In this document: positions 19,534 through 28,615 of the stretch, one piece after another
Layout: each line of letters opens with the position of its first letter
Position numbering within the stretch: position 1 is the first letter of the stretch
Assembly (NCBI GenBank): GCA_934090935.1
Contig: CAKOKD010000002.1
Coordinates: 25,438 to 89,437 of the forward strand
Source: an uncultured Bacilli bacterium
Lineage (GTDB): Bacteria > Bacillota_I > Bacilli_A > RF39 > UBA660
Reading direction: 5' to 3'
DNA: 64,000 nucleotides
Notes under the pieces: generated by a model
Database searches by the model: none
The model's input: only the letters and a program-made list of their open reading frames with translations
Told to the model about the DNA's origin: nothing
Made by a program: the position numbers and the translations under genes

Positions 19534-19977
19534 ATGTTGATGGGTGAATATCATCATAATATTGATGATAAAAATCGACTAGTTCTTCCGAGTAAATTTA
19601 GAAACGAATTAGGAGAAAAAATCATTATTACTCGTGGACTAGATAAATGCTTATTCGTCTATTCGACCAGCGAATGGCAAAAAATTGTCGATAAATTAAA
19701 AACTTTACCATTTACACATAAAGACGCTCGTGACTTTGTTCGATTTTTCTTATCTGGCGCTATCGAAGCTGAATTCGACCGTAGTGGAAGAATCAGCATT
19801 ACCTCCCCATTGATCGGATATGCCGGTATTACACGTGAATGTGTTATTATCGGCGCAAACGATCGACTAGAAATTTGGGATAATGATTCATGGAATAATT
19901 TCCTAAATGAAAATGATGAAAAATTTGCAAGTATAGCAGAAAATTTATTTACTACAGGTGATTACAATGCATTATAG
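19534..19977 (+). CDS. mraZ: Transcriptional regulator MraZ
   Basis: MLMGEYHHNIDDKNRLVLPSKFR and a second DxxxR repeat (DRSGRISI). The longer N-terminal extension in the track lacks an RBS. Confidence 0.9.
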   Translation: MLMGEYHHNIDDKNRLVLPSKFRNELGEKIIITRGLDKCLFVYSTSEWQKIVDKLKTLPFTHKDARDFVRFFLSGAIEAEFDRSGRISITSPLIGYAGITRECVIIGANDRLEIWDNDSWNNFLNENDEKFASIAENLFTTGDYNAL

Positions 19978-20884
19978 TGTTTTGCTAAAAGAAAGTATTG
20001 ATTTACTAAATATAAAAGAAGATGGAATATATGTTGATTGCACATTAGGTTATGCCGGTCATAGTAAAGAAATTCTAAAAAGATTAAAAAATGGATTTCT
20101 TTATGCTTTTGATCAAGATTTAGAAGCAATTGACTATTCTAGAAAAGTTTTATCAGAGATTGGAGATAATTTTGAGATAATTCATTCCAACTTTTCTAAT
20201 TTGAAAAGTGAACTTATGGAAAGAGGAATTACTCATGTTGATGGAATTTTATTTGACTTAGGATTTTCTTCTCCTCAAATAGATAATGAATCTCGTGGTT
20301 TTTCTTTTATGAAAGATGCAGATCTTGATATGCGTATGGATCAAACAGCAAAGAAAAGCGCTTATGATGTAGTAAATAATTATAGTCAAGAAGAATTAAC
20401 TAATATATTTTATAAATATGCTGAAGAGAAATATTCGAGAATCATTGCTAAAAATATTGTATCTTCAAGACCTATAAAAAGAACTTTAGAACTTGTAGAT
20501 ATTATAAAAAGAAGTGTACCAGTTAGTTACTATAATACAAGACATCCTGAACGTGTTATATTTCAAGCAATAAGAATTGAAGTAAACAATGAACTTGGTG
20601 TCTTAGAAAGTGTTCTACCTGATGCTATAGATTTATTAAACTGTCAAGGAAGAATTGCTGTTATAACGTTCCATTCTTTAGAGGATAGAATAGTTAAGCA
20701 TATATTTAAAAATGCCAGTGAAGTTCCGGAAATAGTGAAAGGTATCCCTGATATACCTGATGAATATAAACCAAAAATAAAATTAATAAATAAAAAACCG
20801 ATTGTTGCATCAAATGATGAAATAAATGAAAACTCACGAAGCAAAAGTGCCAAACTTAGAGTAATAGAAAGGGTGATAATATGA
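19967..20884 (+). CDS. rsmH: 16S rRNA m4C1402 methyltransferase RsmH
   Basis: HYSVLLKESI, DCTLGYAGHS, DLGFSSPQID and ITFHSLEDR. Confidence 0.9.
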   Translation: MHYSVLLKESIDLLNIKEDGIYVDCTLGYAGHSKEILKRLKNGFLYAFDQDLEAIDYSRKVLSEIGDNFEIIHSNFSNLKSELMERGITHVDGILFDLGFSSPQIDNESRGFSFMKDADLDMRMDQTAKKSAYDVVNNYSQEELTNIFYKYAEEKYSRIIAKNIVSSRPIKRTLELVDIIKRSVPVSYYNTRHPERVIFQAIRIEVNNELGVLESVLPDAIDLLNCQGRIAVITFHSLEDRIVKHIFKNASEVPEIVKGIPDIPDEYKPKIKLINKKPIVASNDEINENSRSKSAKLRVIERVII

Positions 20885-21177
20885 AAAAATCAACTTCAAA
20901 AAAGGGAATTAAATTTAAAAAAGGAGAAAAATTAATTATTGCCGTTTTAGCTCTTCTTGCGCTTATGACACCTGTTATGATTGTTTATACAAGTGCTACT
21001 TTATCAAGTTCAAATATTGAAGTTGAAAAGATGAAAAAGAAGATTGAAAAACAAGAAAACGTTAATTCGAGTCTATCAATGCAAGTAGATGAACTTGCAA
21101 GTCTATCCACTATTCAAGATGTTGCAAAGAGTAATGGTTTAAGCTATAATAATGATAATATAATAGTTATTAAATAA
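20881..21177 (+). CDS. ftsL: Cell division protein FtsL
   Basis: A small bitopic protein (basic N-terminus, one TM helix, coiled coil) in the conserved position after rsmH. Confidence 0.7.
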   Translation: MKKSTSKKGIKFKKGEKLIIAVLALLALMTPVMIVYTSATLSSSNIEVEKMKKKIEKQENVNSSLSMQVDELASLSTIQDVAKSNGLSYNNDNIIVIK

Positions 21178-21193
21178 TAAGTGAGGTTAAAGC

Positions 21194-23356
21194 ATGAAAT
21201 ATACGAACAATACAATTAAAATCAATTTTGTTTTTATAATTTGTATTGTTCTTTTATTTGTGCTTTTTTTTGTTAAGCTTGCTTATGTTGCAACCAATGA
21301 TACTGTAGAAGGCTCTAACTTAAAGGAAATTGCTGAAGCTAGAAGTACAACAACTAAAACTCTTTATGCAACACGTGGTAATATTTATGATAATGCTAAT
21401 AATCTTTTAGCTCAAAACGTCAATTCATATACTTTAATTGCTTATCTTTCTTCCAGTAGAACTACTGATGAAAGATATCCTAAACATGTTGTTGATAAAG
21501 AAACTACGGCAAGAAAACTTGCAGAGGTTCTTGAACCAATTAATAAGACAATGACTTATGAATATATTTACAAAAGATTGAATGTAGAAAATAAGTATCA
21601 AGTAGAATTTGGCTCTGGCGGTAAAAATCTAAGTGAGCTTGACAAACAAAAGATAGAAGAACTTGATCTTCCAGGAATAGCGTTTGTTAAATCATCTAAA
21701 AGATATTATCAAAATGGAGATTTTGCATCATATTTAATTGGTTATGCTAAAAAGAATGAAGAAACTGATGAGATAACAGGTGAACTTGGAATTGAAAAGT
21801 TTTGTGATAGATATTTAAAAGGAAAAGATGGAAGTATTACATATCAACATGATGCTTATGGATATCAAATGGCAGATAAAGTAAGTCAAAATACACCAGC
21901 TGAGGATGGATATGATGTTTATCTTACATTGGATAAACAAGTTCAAATATTCCTTGATAATGCGGTAACTGAATTTAATGAATATAATCCTTCTTGGGTA
22001 ACTATAACGGTGGCTGATGCTAAAACGGGTGCAATAATTGGTTCTTCTACATCTCCAAGTTTTAATCCAAATAAGCTTGATTTACAAAATTATAATGATC
22101 CACTTATTTCATACACTTATGAACCTGGTAGTACAATGAAGATATTCTCGTTTGCATCTGCCATTGAAGAAGGTTTATATAAAGGAGACGAATTATATAA
22201 ATCAGGTACGGTTGAAGTCGCTGATTATAAGATAAAAGATTGGAATAAAGTAGGTTGGGGAAATATTACATATGATGTAGGATTTACGTATTCCTCTAAT
22301 GTTGCAGCCGTTAATCTATCAAAAAGATTAAAAAAGCAAGGTTTAACTAAATATTATACTAATCTAGGATTTGGGGAACAAACAGGAATTGAACTTGCTA
22401 ATGAATATAAAGGAGACATTGATTTTGAATACGAAACAGAGGTTGCTTCTGCTTCATATGGACAAGGTATAACGGTTACTCCAATCCAGATGATTCAAGC
22501 GCTTACAACATTAACAAATGATGGAACAGTTATGAAACCATATATAATTGAAAAAATTGTCGATCCAAACAAGAATGAAGTTGTTTACCAAGGTGGTAAA
22601 AAGGAACTTAATAAAGTATATTCAACATCGACAGTCAATAAAGTTAAAGAACTTATGGATTTAACGGTTAATGGATCTGATACAGGAGCAACAGGACGCG
22701 TATACCACACAGACTCGGTTAGACTTATCGGTAAAACAGGTACAGCAAACTATACAAATGGTGCCGGTAGCTATGTTGTAGGTAACTATAACGTTATTAG
22801 ATCATTTGCTGGAATATTTCCAAAGGATGACCCAGAATATATTTTATATGTTGCTGTAAAGGATTTTCATGGAACTAGTAAAAATATGGGAGCAATTGTC
22901 AAAAAAATGGTTGAAAGCGTTGCTAAATATAAAAACCTTGATACAAGAGTAAGCGATAAGGATGCAAGCAAAATTGTCAATATCGATGCTTATACAAATA
23001 AAACACTTACAAGTGTAGAACCAATTTTACAAAGCAAGGGCATAAGTCCAGTTGTAATCGGAGATGGAACACGTATAATAAAACAATATCCAGAAGCTGG
23101 ATTTAAAACAAGTCAAAGCTCAAAAGTTTTCTTGCTTACAAACAGTAACGTCATTACTATGCCAGATATAACAGGTTGGAGTGAAAGCGAAGTCATCAAT
23201 TTCTGTAATTTAATCGGACTTAAATACAGCTTTAATAATTATGGATATGTAAGCGGATATAACATCCCCACTGGAACACAGATTGATTTATCTATGACCC
23301 TTGAAGTTGAACTTCAAAACATTAATCCAAACACGTATTCAGAAACAGGAGAATAA
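21194..23356 (+). CDS. Class B penicillin-binding protein (PBP2B/SpoVD-type) with C-terminal PASTA domains
   Basis: Motifs STMK (PGSTMKIF), SSN and KTGTA. PASTA-like repeats occur near the C-terminus (MPDITGWSESEVINFCNLIGL). Confidence 0.85.
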   Translation: MKYTNNTIKINFVFIICIVLLFVLFFVKLAYVATNDTVEGSNLKEIAEARSTTTKTLYATRGNIYDNANNLLAQNVNSYTLIAYLSSSRTTDERYPKHVVDKETTARKLAEVLEPINKTMTYEYIYKRLNVENKYQVEFGSGGKNLSELDKQKIEELDLPGIAFVKSSKRYYQNGDFASYLIGYAKKNEETDEITGELGIEKFCDRYLKGKDGSITYQHDAYGYQMADKVSQNTPAEDGYDVYLTLDKQVQIFLDNAVTEFNEYNPSWVTITVADAKTGAIIGSSTSPSFNPNKLDLQNYNDPLISYTYEPGSTMKIFSFASAIEEGLYKGDELYKSGTVEVADYKIKDWNKVGWGNITYDVGFTYSSNVAAVNLSKRLKKQGLTKYYTNLGFGEQTGIELANEYKGDIDFEYETEVASASYGQGITVTPIQMIQALTTLTNDGTVMKPYIIEKIVDPNKNEVVYQGGKKELNKVYSTSTVNKVKELMDLTVNGSDTGATGRVYHTDSVRLIGKTGTANYTNGAGSYVVGNYNVIRSFAGIFPKDDPEYILYVAVKDFHGTSKNMGAIVKKMVESVAKYKNLDTRVSDKDASKIVNIDAYTNKTLTSVEPILQSKGISPVVIGDGTRIIKQYPEAGFKTSQSSKVFLLTNSNVITMPDITGWSESEVINFCNLIGLKYSFNNYGYVSGYNIPTGTQIDLSMTLEVELQNINPNTYSETGE

Positions 23357-23357
23357 T

Positions 23358-23876
23358 ATGGAAGAAATAAAGAAAATATTAAATAATCCCAAGACTTTGA
23401 TAACGTTTTTAACGATATTGCTTTTAATAAGCGTTATCATAATTTATAGATTAGGAACATCAAGTAAAATATATATATCATCTTTAAATGATGATGATGT
23501 AAGTATTTCCACGATACATGCTTTTATCAACAATGATATGCATATGTTTTATTCAACCCCAGCATCCTATAAAAAAGATGATTTTAAAGTATATGAAATA
23601 GAAGTAGGATACTACATAAAAAATGGAAATAAATTCACTGAATTATTAACTCAAAAGGATACATTTGATACTGCTGAATCATTTTCTAAAGTATTGGAGT
23701 TTTATTCATCATATAATTATATTGAAAGCAATAATCGAACAAAGAAGTTTACAAATGAAGTAAAATCCAATTTCAGTAAAAATCTATTCTTTATTATAAG
23801 AGTAAAAAAAGATAAAGGTGGTTCTTTAGAGAATATATATCAAAAAAATATAGAGATGAAAAAAATAACGAAATAA
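23358..23876 (+). CDS. Membrane-anchored hypothetical protein
   Basis: The ATG at 23358 follows an AGGAGAA RBS. One N-terminal TM helix. Confidence 0.5.
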   Translation: MEEIKKILNNPKTLITFLTILLLISVIIIYRLGTSSKIYISSLNDDDVSISTIHAFINNDMHMFYSTPASYKKDDFKVYEIEVGYYIKNGNKFTELLTQKDTFDTAESFSKVLEFYSSYNYIESNNRTKKFTNEVKSNFSKNLFFIIRVKKDKGGSLENIYQKNIEMKKITK

Positions 23877-23938
23877 GGCGTTATTTTTCTTTTGCTTTTA
23901 ATTTAATTTTGATATAATTACCATAGGGTAGGTGCGTT

Positions 23939-26068
23939 ATGAAGAAGTTCATGCTTTTTATTATTTCTTTAATTTTATTTATTCCAAGCGTTAAAGCTCT
24001 TAGTTTTTGTGAGGAATCAGAAGAGCATAAAAAATGGAGTATATTAAGTGAAGAAATGAAAAGTCAAGTGATTGAGCCAAAATATTGTGAAGAGACAGCC
24101 AAGAGCAGTGTGCACAGCCTGGTTGGTGCCAGCAATACCTTTTATTCATCTGTGGATTTAGGACTTATAACAAGTGTAAAAAATCAAGGTAATACCAATG
24201 CTTGTTGGGCTTTTGCTGGTGCATCTCTTATGGAAACATCAGCTATAATGAATGGTTTAACTTCTCTAGATTTATCCGAAAGACATATCAATATGATGTC
24301 TACTTATAAAGCTTATTTAAATGGAGAGGTTAATAAAAGTGGTTATAATCGAGATGCTAATGATGGAGGGAACTATTCTTATGTTGCTTCTTATCTTTTT
24401 AGAGGTGACGGACCGCTTCTTGAAAGCACATTTCCATATATTCTTCCATGGTCAAGCAATTATGCTCCAATAGATAAAAAAACTATGCCAGCAAATAATC
24501 CGATATTAACTATTGATGAATACATGAGTGATTATACATCGCTTACGTGTACAGATGATAGATTGACAACTATCAAAGGCTATATTAGAAAATATGGTGC
24601 GGTTGGAACTCTTATAAATTCTTCGTCTGGTACATCAAGTTTGGATGAAGTCTATTATATAAATACAACAAATGAATATTCTGATCATGCCGTAGTGATT
24701 GTTGGATATGATGATACAATCAGCAAGGATAATTTTAAAGGAGCAACTCGTGATGGAGCATTCTTAGTAAAAAATTCATGGGGAACTGATTTTGCCTTAA
24801 ATGGCTACTACTATATTTCATATGATGATATACGTATATGTAGAAATGTAGTTGCATTTAGTGGAACTAATATAAATGAATATGACCATACATATAATTC
24901 AAGCGACACGCTTGCAAACACTTCAATAAGAAGCAATGATTCTATAATGGTAAGCACTAAAATAAATATAACAGGAAGTCAAATTCTTGATAAAATAAGT
25001 ATTGAGGTTATAAAGGATACGCCTTATCAAATATATTTATCAAAAAATAATGACTTAAATACACCTTCATCTTGGAATATCCTTGGAAGTGGTATTTCAG
25101 CATCAGAAGGTGTCATAAGTATAAAAAATTTGAATATAAAACTATCAAGTTCAGCAACCATTATTGTTAAATTCAATAAATCAGGATATGTTGCACCGCT
25201 TATGTGTAAAAGCACGAATGAATTCAATCAACATCATTATATGGAGATAAGCAGTGGACTAAATTATATAAATAATGGTTCCGGTTGGGTTGATTTAAGT
25301 ACTGTTGGGTCTGGAACTCTTGTTTCATGTGAACCAGTAATCTATGCATATACTTATAATGAAAATAAGACCTTTGGTTCAATAGATAATATATATATTT
25401 CTAGTTCATCAAATAAAGTTTATACCAATTCAAAGGATTATTTTAATGTTGACTTTAAATCAAGCAATTTAAAAAGTAATGAACTTATAAGTGTTGATAT
25501 AACAAAAGATGGAAAAAGTGTCAAAAATGATTTTGATATCGATAGAAGCAAAGTAAACAACAACTATTTTGTTTTAAAACTAAAAAATTCTACTAAATCT
25601 GGACATTATACAGTTTACTTGAAATATAGTAATTCAACTAAATCAATAGATTTTGATATCTATGGTAGAATAAGTTCAAGTACATTTAACATAGATGGGG
25701 AATATATTAAAATATTGCCTAAAAAGGATATAACTTTAACGAAAGAATATATTTTGGATAATATTGTTTCTCAAACTGATATGAACGTTAAAAGAAATGA
25801 AGAAGAATTGGTGGATAAGGAAACGATAAAAAGTGGTGATAAACTTACAACTATCGTTAGTGAATATACTATTATCCTTATAGGAGACGCAAATATGGAT
25901 GGAAAAATATCCGCACTTGATTATGTGAGAATAAAAAATCATATTCTAGGAAACAAAGTCATGACGGATAAAATAAATTTATTAAGTGCAGATGCAAATG
26001 AAGATGGTAAAATAACTCCACTTGATTATGTAAGAATAAAAAATAGAATTTTAAGGAGTGAAGTATGA
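23939..26068 (+). CDS. Secreted papain-family (C1) cysteine peptidase with a C-terminal dockerin-like repeat pair
   Basis: Signal peptide. NQGNTNACWAFAGAS (catalytic Cys), DHAVVIVGYDD (His) and VKNSWG (Asn/Trp). The C-terminus has GDANMDGKISALDYVRIKNHILG and ADANEDGKITPLDYVRIKNRIL, which read as duplicated Ca-binding dockerin segments. Confidence 0.8.
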   Translation: MKKFMLFIISLILFIPSVKALSFCEESEEHKKWSILSEEMKSQVIEPKYCEETAKSSVHSLVGASNTFYSSVDLGLITSVKNQGNTNACWAFAGASLMETSAIMNGLTSLDLSERHINMMSTYKAYLNGEVNKSGYNRDANDGGNYSYVASYLFRGDGPLLESTFPYILPWSSNYAPIDKKTMPANNPILTIDEYMSDYTSLTCTDDRLTTIKGYIRKYGAVGTLINSSSGTSSLDEVYYINTTNEYSDHAVVIVGYDDTISKDNFKGATRDGAFLVKNSWGTDFALNGYYYISYDDIRICRNVVAFSGTNINEYDHTYNSSDTLANTSIRSNDSIMVSTKINITGSQILDKISIEVIKDTPYQIYLSKNNDLNTPSSWNILGSGISASEGVISIKNLNIKLSSSATIIVKFNKSGYVAPLMCKSTNEFNQHHYMEISSGLNYINNGSGWVDLSTVGSGTLVSCEPVIYAYTYNENKTFGSIDNIYISSSSNKVYTNSKDYFNVDFKSSNLKSNELISVDITKDGKSVKNDFDIDRSKVNNNYFVLKLKNSTKSGHYTVYLKYSNSTKSIDFDIYGRISSSTFNIDGEYIKILPKKDITLTKEYILDNIVSQTDMNVKRNEEELVDKETIKSGDKLTTIVSEYTIILIGDANMDGKISALDYVRIKNHILGNKVMTDKINLLSADANEDGKITPLDYVRIKNRILRSEV

Positions 26069-27036
26069 TGAAAAAATATCTAAATTTTTTAATCTTTATA
26101 TTGCTTTTATTTCCAGTATCGGTTTTAGCAAGTGGAAGTATAAAAGTAAATAAATATAATGTTACTCTAACTCCAGGTTCAAGTGAAAGCATAAAGATAA
26201 CTGCCAACAATGCAACAGGAGTATATAGAATAAGCAGTTCTAATCCAAGTGTTGCAAGCGTAGATGTAAATCAAGATTGGGTTGATAATGAAACTAAAAC
26301 ATTTAATATAAAAGGATTATCTGTAGGTACTACAACCATATCAGTAAGTGTAGATGGTTCCGATTATGATGAAGTAGAAATTATTACGACTTATAAAATA
26401 GTTGTCTATGTAAATAATCCAACTACAACAACAACTAAGACAGTAGAAGAAAAGCAAACAACTACTAAATCTTCTACTAAAATAACTACTGCTTCAAAAA
26501 ATCAAACCACTTTAAAAACTACCGCGAAAACTACAACAACAACTACGACAAACATAATCGAAGAGACAACTCAAATTGTAGAACCAACAACAGAGTTATC
26601 ATCATCATCAACACCTATGTTGAAAAATTTAAAAATAGTTGGATATGATATTGACTTCAAAAGCAATCAAACCAATTATAAAATCACGATTCCTTCATCC
26701 TTAAGAGAACTATATCTAATAACTGAAAAGGATGGATCAATTACATGTAATGATGGCTTAATAGATATAACTGATAAAGACTATATTGTTTTAACATCTA
26801 TTGATAATAATTCTAATGAAAAAAAAGAATATAAAATAGATTTAATTAGAAAAGCTTACAAAGAACAAAATAAAAACTATAAAAATTTAGTTTATACAAT
26901 ATTAATATTTGTTGCATTTACATTAGTAGTTATAACTATTATATTTACATTAAGAAAAATGATAAACAACAAAAAAATAAAATATCAAGAACCTAAAGAA
27001 GATGAATTAACTTTTAAAAATGATTATTTTGAATAG
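26065..27036 (+). CDS. Surface protein: Big_2-like Ig domain, Thr-rich linker, cadherin-like beta-sandwich, C-terminal TM anchor
   Basis: Its start overlaps the peptidase stop (ATGATG). VTLTPGSSESIKITANNA...SSSNPSVASVD is Big_2-like. LKNLKIVGYDIDFKSNQTNYKITIPSS is cadherin-like. The C-terminal helix is LVYTILIFVAFTLVVITIIF. Confidence 0.65.
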   Translation: MMKKYLNFLIFILLLFPVSVLASGSIKVNKYNVTLTPGSSESIKITANNATGVYRISSSNPSVASVDVNQDWVDNETKTFNIKGLSVGTTTISVSVDGSDYDEVEIITTYKIVVYVNNPTTTTTKTVEEKQTTTKSSTKITTASKNQTTLKTTAKTTTTTTTNIIEETTQIVEPTTELSSSSTPMLKNLKIVGYDIDFKSNQTNYKITIPSSLRELYLITEKDGSITCNDGLIDITDKDYIVLTSIDNNSNEKKEYKIDLIRKAYKEQNKNYKNLVYTILIFVAFTLVVITIIFTLRKMINNKKIKYQEPKEDELTFKNDYFE

Positions 27037-27181
27037 AAGACTTATTTCAATAAAGAAATAAGTCTTCTTTTTATAAAAACAAACTATTTACACATAATAA
27101 AAATGAATATACAAAATACAATAAAAATGTTGTATAATATAAGAAACAATAGGAGAGCAAAATAAAAAAGACGACAAAAGT

Positions 27182-27231
27182 AATGTAAAACAGAATAATG
27201 CCCTTGAAAATCGGGGGGGTATTATAAAATA
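27182..27231 (+). promoter_or_regulatory. Family promoter copy 1: AATGTAAA-N14-TTGAAAATC-G7-TATTATAAAAT
   Basis: AATGTAAA at 27182-27189, TTGAAA at 27204-27209, G7 at 27213-27219 and TAAAAT at 27225-27230. The same architecture precedes the 36820 and 47518 genes. Confidence 0.6.
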
Positions 27232-27255
27232 AAAAATAGATGAGGTGTATTTAAA

Positions 27256-28548
27256 ATGAAGAAAAGGAGTGCAATAATAGTTGCAATAGTTTTTATGATG
27301 ATTGGATTTGCAGCAGTAAGTACATCATTAATAATAAATGGAAATACAAAAGTATCCGAAAACAATGAAGATTTTTCAGTAATATTTACTGCAGCTTCAT
27401 TAGATGGAGAAGATGTGTATTCATCAGTAGTAGATGATACAAAAAAGACAATTACATTTACAAGTAAAGATCTAAAGAAAATCGGAGACACATCAACCCT
27501 AACATATGAAGTAACAAATAATTCAGCAAACTATGATGCAGATGTTAAAGTAACATGTGTACCGAAGACTGGAACAACAGCAAAATATACAAGTATAAAA
27601 AACAAGTTAGACAATGATGCCACAGTAGTAAAAGCCAAAGAAACATTAAATGGAACATTAACAGTAACGCTTGATAAAACATCAATAGAAGAAGTAAGTG
27701 AAGAATATACATGTAAACTAGAGTTCAATGCAGTAGAAAGAGAAGAACTGGGTTATAATGGACCTACAGAGTGGACATTTGATTACACTGGAGGAGAACA
27801 AACCTTTATAGCACCAATGTCTGGAACGTACAAATTAGAAACATGGGGAGCACAAGGCGGAAGCAGAAATGGATATAAAGGCGGATACGGTGGATATTCA
27901 TATGGTAATATAATATTGAAGCGTAGTGACGAAGTATATATTAACGTTGGTGGTAGTGGATCTAATCTAAATGGAGGATACAACGGAGGTGGATCCAGAT
28001 CTGACGATAGTAGTAGCTGGGTTGCTGGAAGCGGAGGTGGAGCCACTCACATAGCAACAAAATCCGGAACACTTACAACTTTTGGAAATAATAAAAATAA
28101 TATTTTAATAGTTTCTGGCGGAGGCGGCGGAAGTTCGATGAGTACTGGTGGTGTATTTAGTGCCAATGGTGGCTCCGGCGGAGGCTATGTAGGAGTAAGT
28201 ATCCAAAAATCTACTGGTGGAAGTCAAACAAGTGGCGGTTTAGATGCGAAAGGAGTAATTAATTCTTCTTTTGGCAAGGGAGCATCTTGTTATAATGAAG
28301 GAGCTGGCGGAGGCGGATTTTATGGCGGTGGTTCTGGATCCCATTCTGAAATTGGATATTCAGGAGCTGGTGGCTCCGGTTATATTGGAAACACCCTTTT
28401 AACTGAAAAATCAATGTATTGTTATAACTGTGCTACATCTGCTGAAGAGTCAACTAAAACAATTTCAACTACATGTACAAGTGCTACACCAACAGCTAAT
28501 TGTGCTAAACAAGGAAATGGATACGCTCGAATTACTTTAATAAAATAA
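27256..28548 (+). CDS. Family member 1: shared signal peptide and N-module fused to an ALK/LTK-type glycine-rich domain
   Basis: N-terminus MKKRSAIIVAIVFMMIGFAAVSTSLIING...EEYTCKLEFNAVER. It continues with WTFDYTGGEQTFIAPMSGTYKLETWGAQGG..GGYGGYSYG..VGGSG..GGYNGGG..GSGGGATHIA, the hallmark of Pfam Gly_rich (PF12810) as I recall it. Confidence 0.75.
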   Translation: MKKRSAIIVAIVFMMIGFAAVSTSLIINGNTKVSENNEDFSVIFTAASLDGEDVYSSVVDDTKKTITFTSKDLKKIGDTSTLTYEVTNNSANYDADVKVTCVPKTGTTAKYTSIKNKLDNDATVVKAKETLNGTLTVTLDKTSIEEVSEEYTCKLEFNAVEREELGYNGPTEWTFDYTGGEQTFIAPMSGTYKLETWGAQGGSRNGYKGGYGGYSYGNIILKRSDEVYINVGGSGSNLNGGYNGGGSRSDDSSSWVAGSGGGATHIATKSGTLTTFGNNKNNILIVSGGGGGSSMSTGGVFSANGGSGGGYVGVSIQKSTGGSQTSGGLDAKGVINSSFGKGASCYNEGAGGGGFYGGGSGSHSEIGYSGAGGSGYIGNTLLTEKSMYCYNCATSAEESTKTISTTCTSATPTANCAKQGNGYARITLIK

Positions 28549-28569
28549 TCGCAAAAACGCGATTTTTTT
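28548..28569 (+). terminator. Rho-independent terminator
   Basis: ATCGC-aaaaac-GCGAT followed by T6. Confidence 0.65.
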
Positions 28570-28615
28570 CTTTCACGCATAAAAAAACGACTAAAAAGTC
28601 GCTTAATTTCTTTAT

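Noticed and set aside
27204-27231. The G-rich element as a forespore sigma-F/G-type -10 (GGnnAnAHTR), given that the organism sporulates.
   Set aside because: GGGTATTATA fits with one mismatch, but no GYATA-type -35 lies at the required 14-15 nt upstream (the sequence there is AATGC). A sigma-A-like TTGAAA/TAAAAT reading is simpler.
27783-28046. An 87-aa Pro-rich ORF on the - strand (MAPPPLPATQ...).
   Set aside because: It is the antisense mirror of the Gly-rich (GGN) coding segment of family member 1. It has no RBS and lies entirely within a well-supported CDS.
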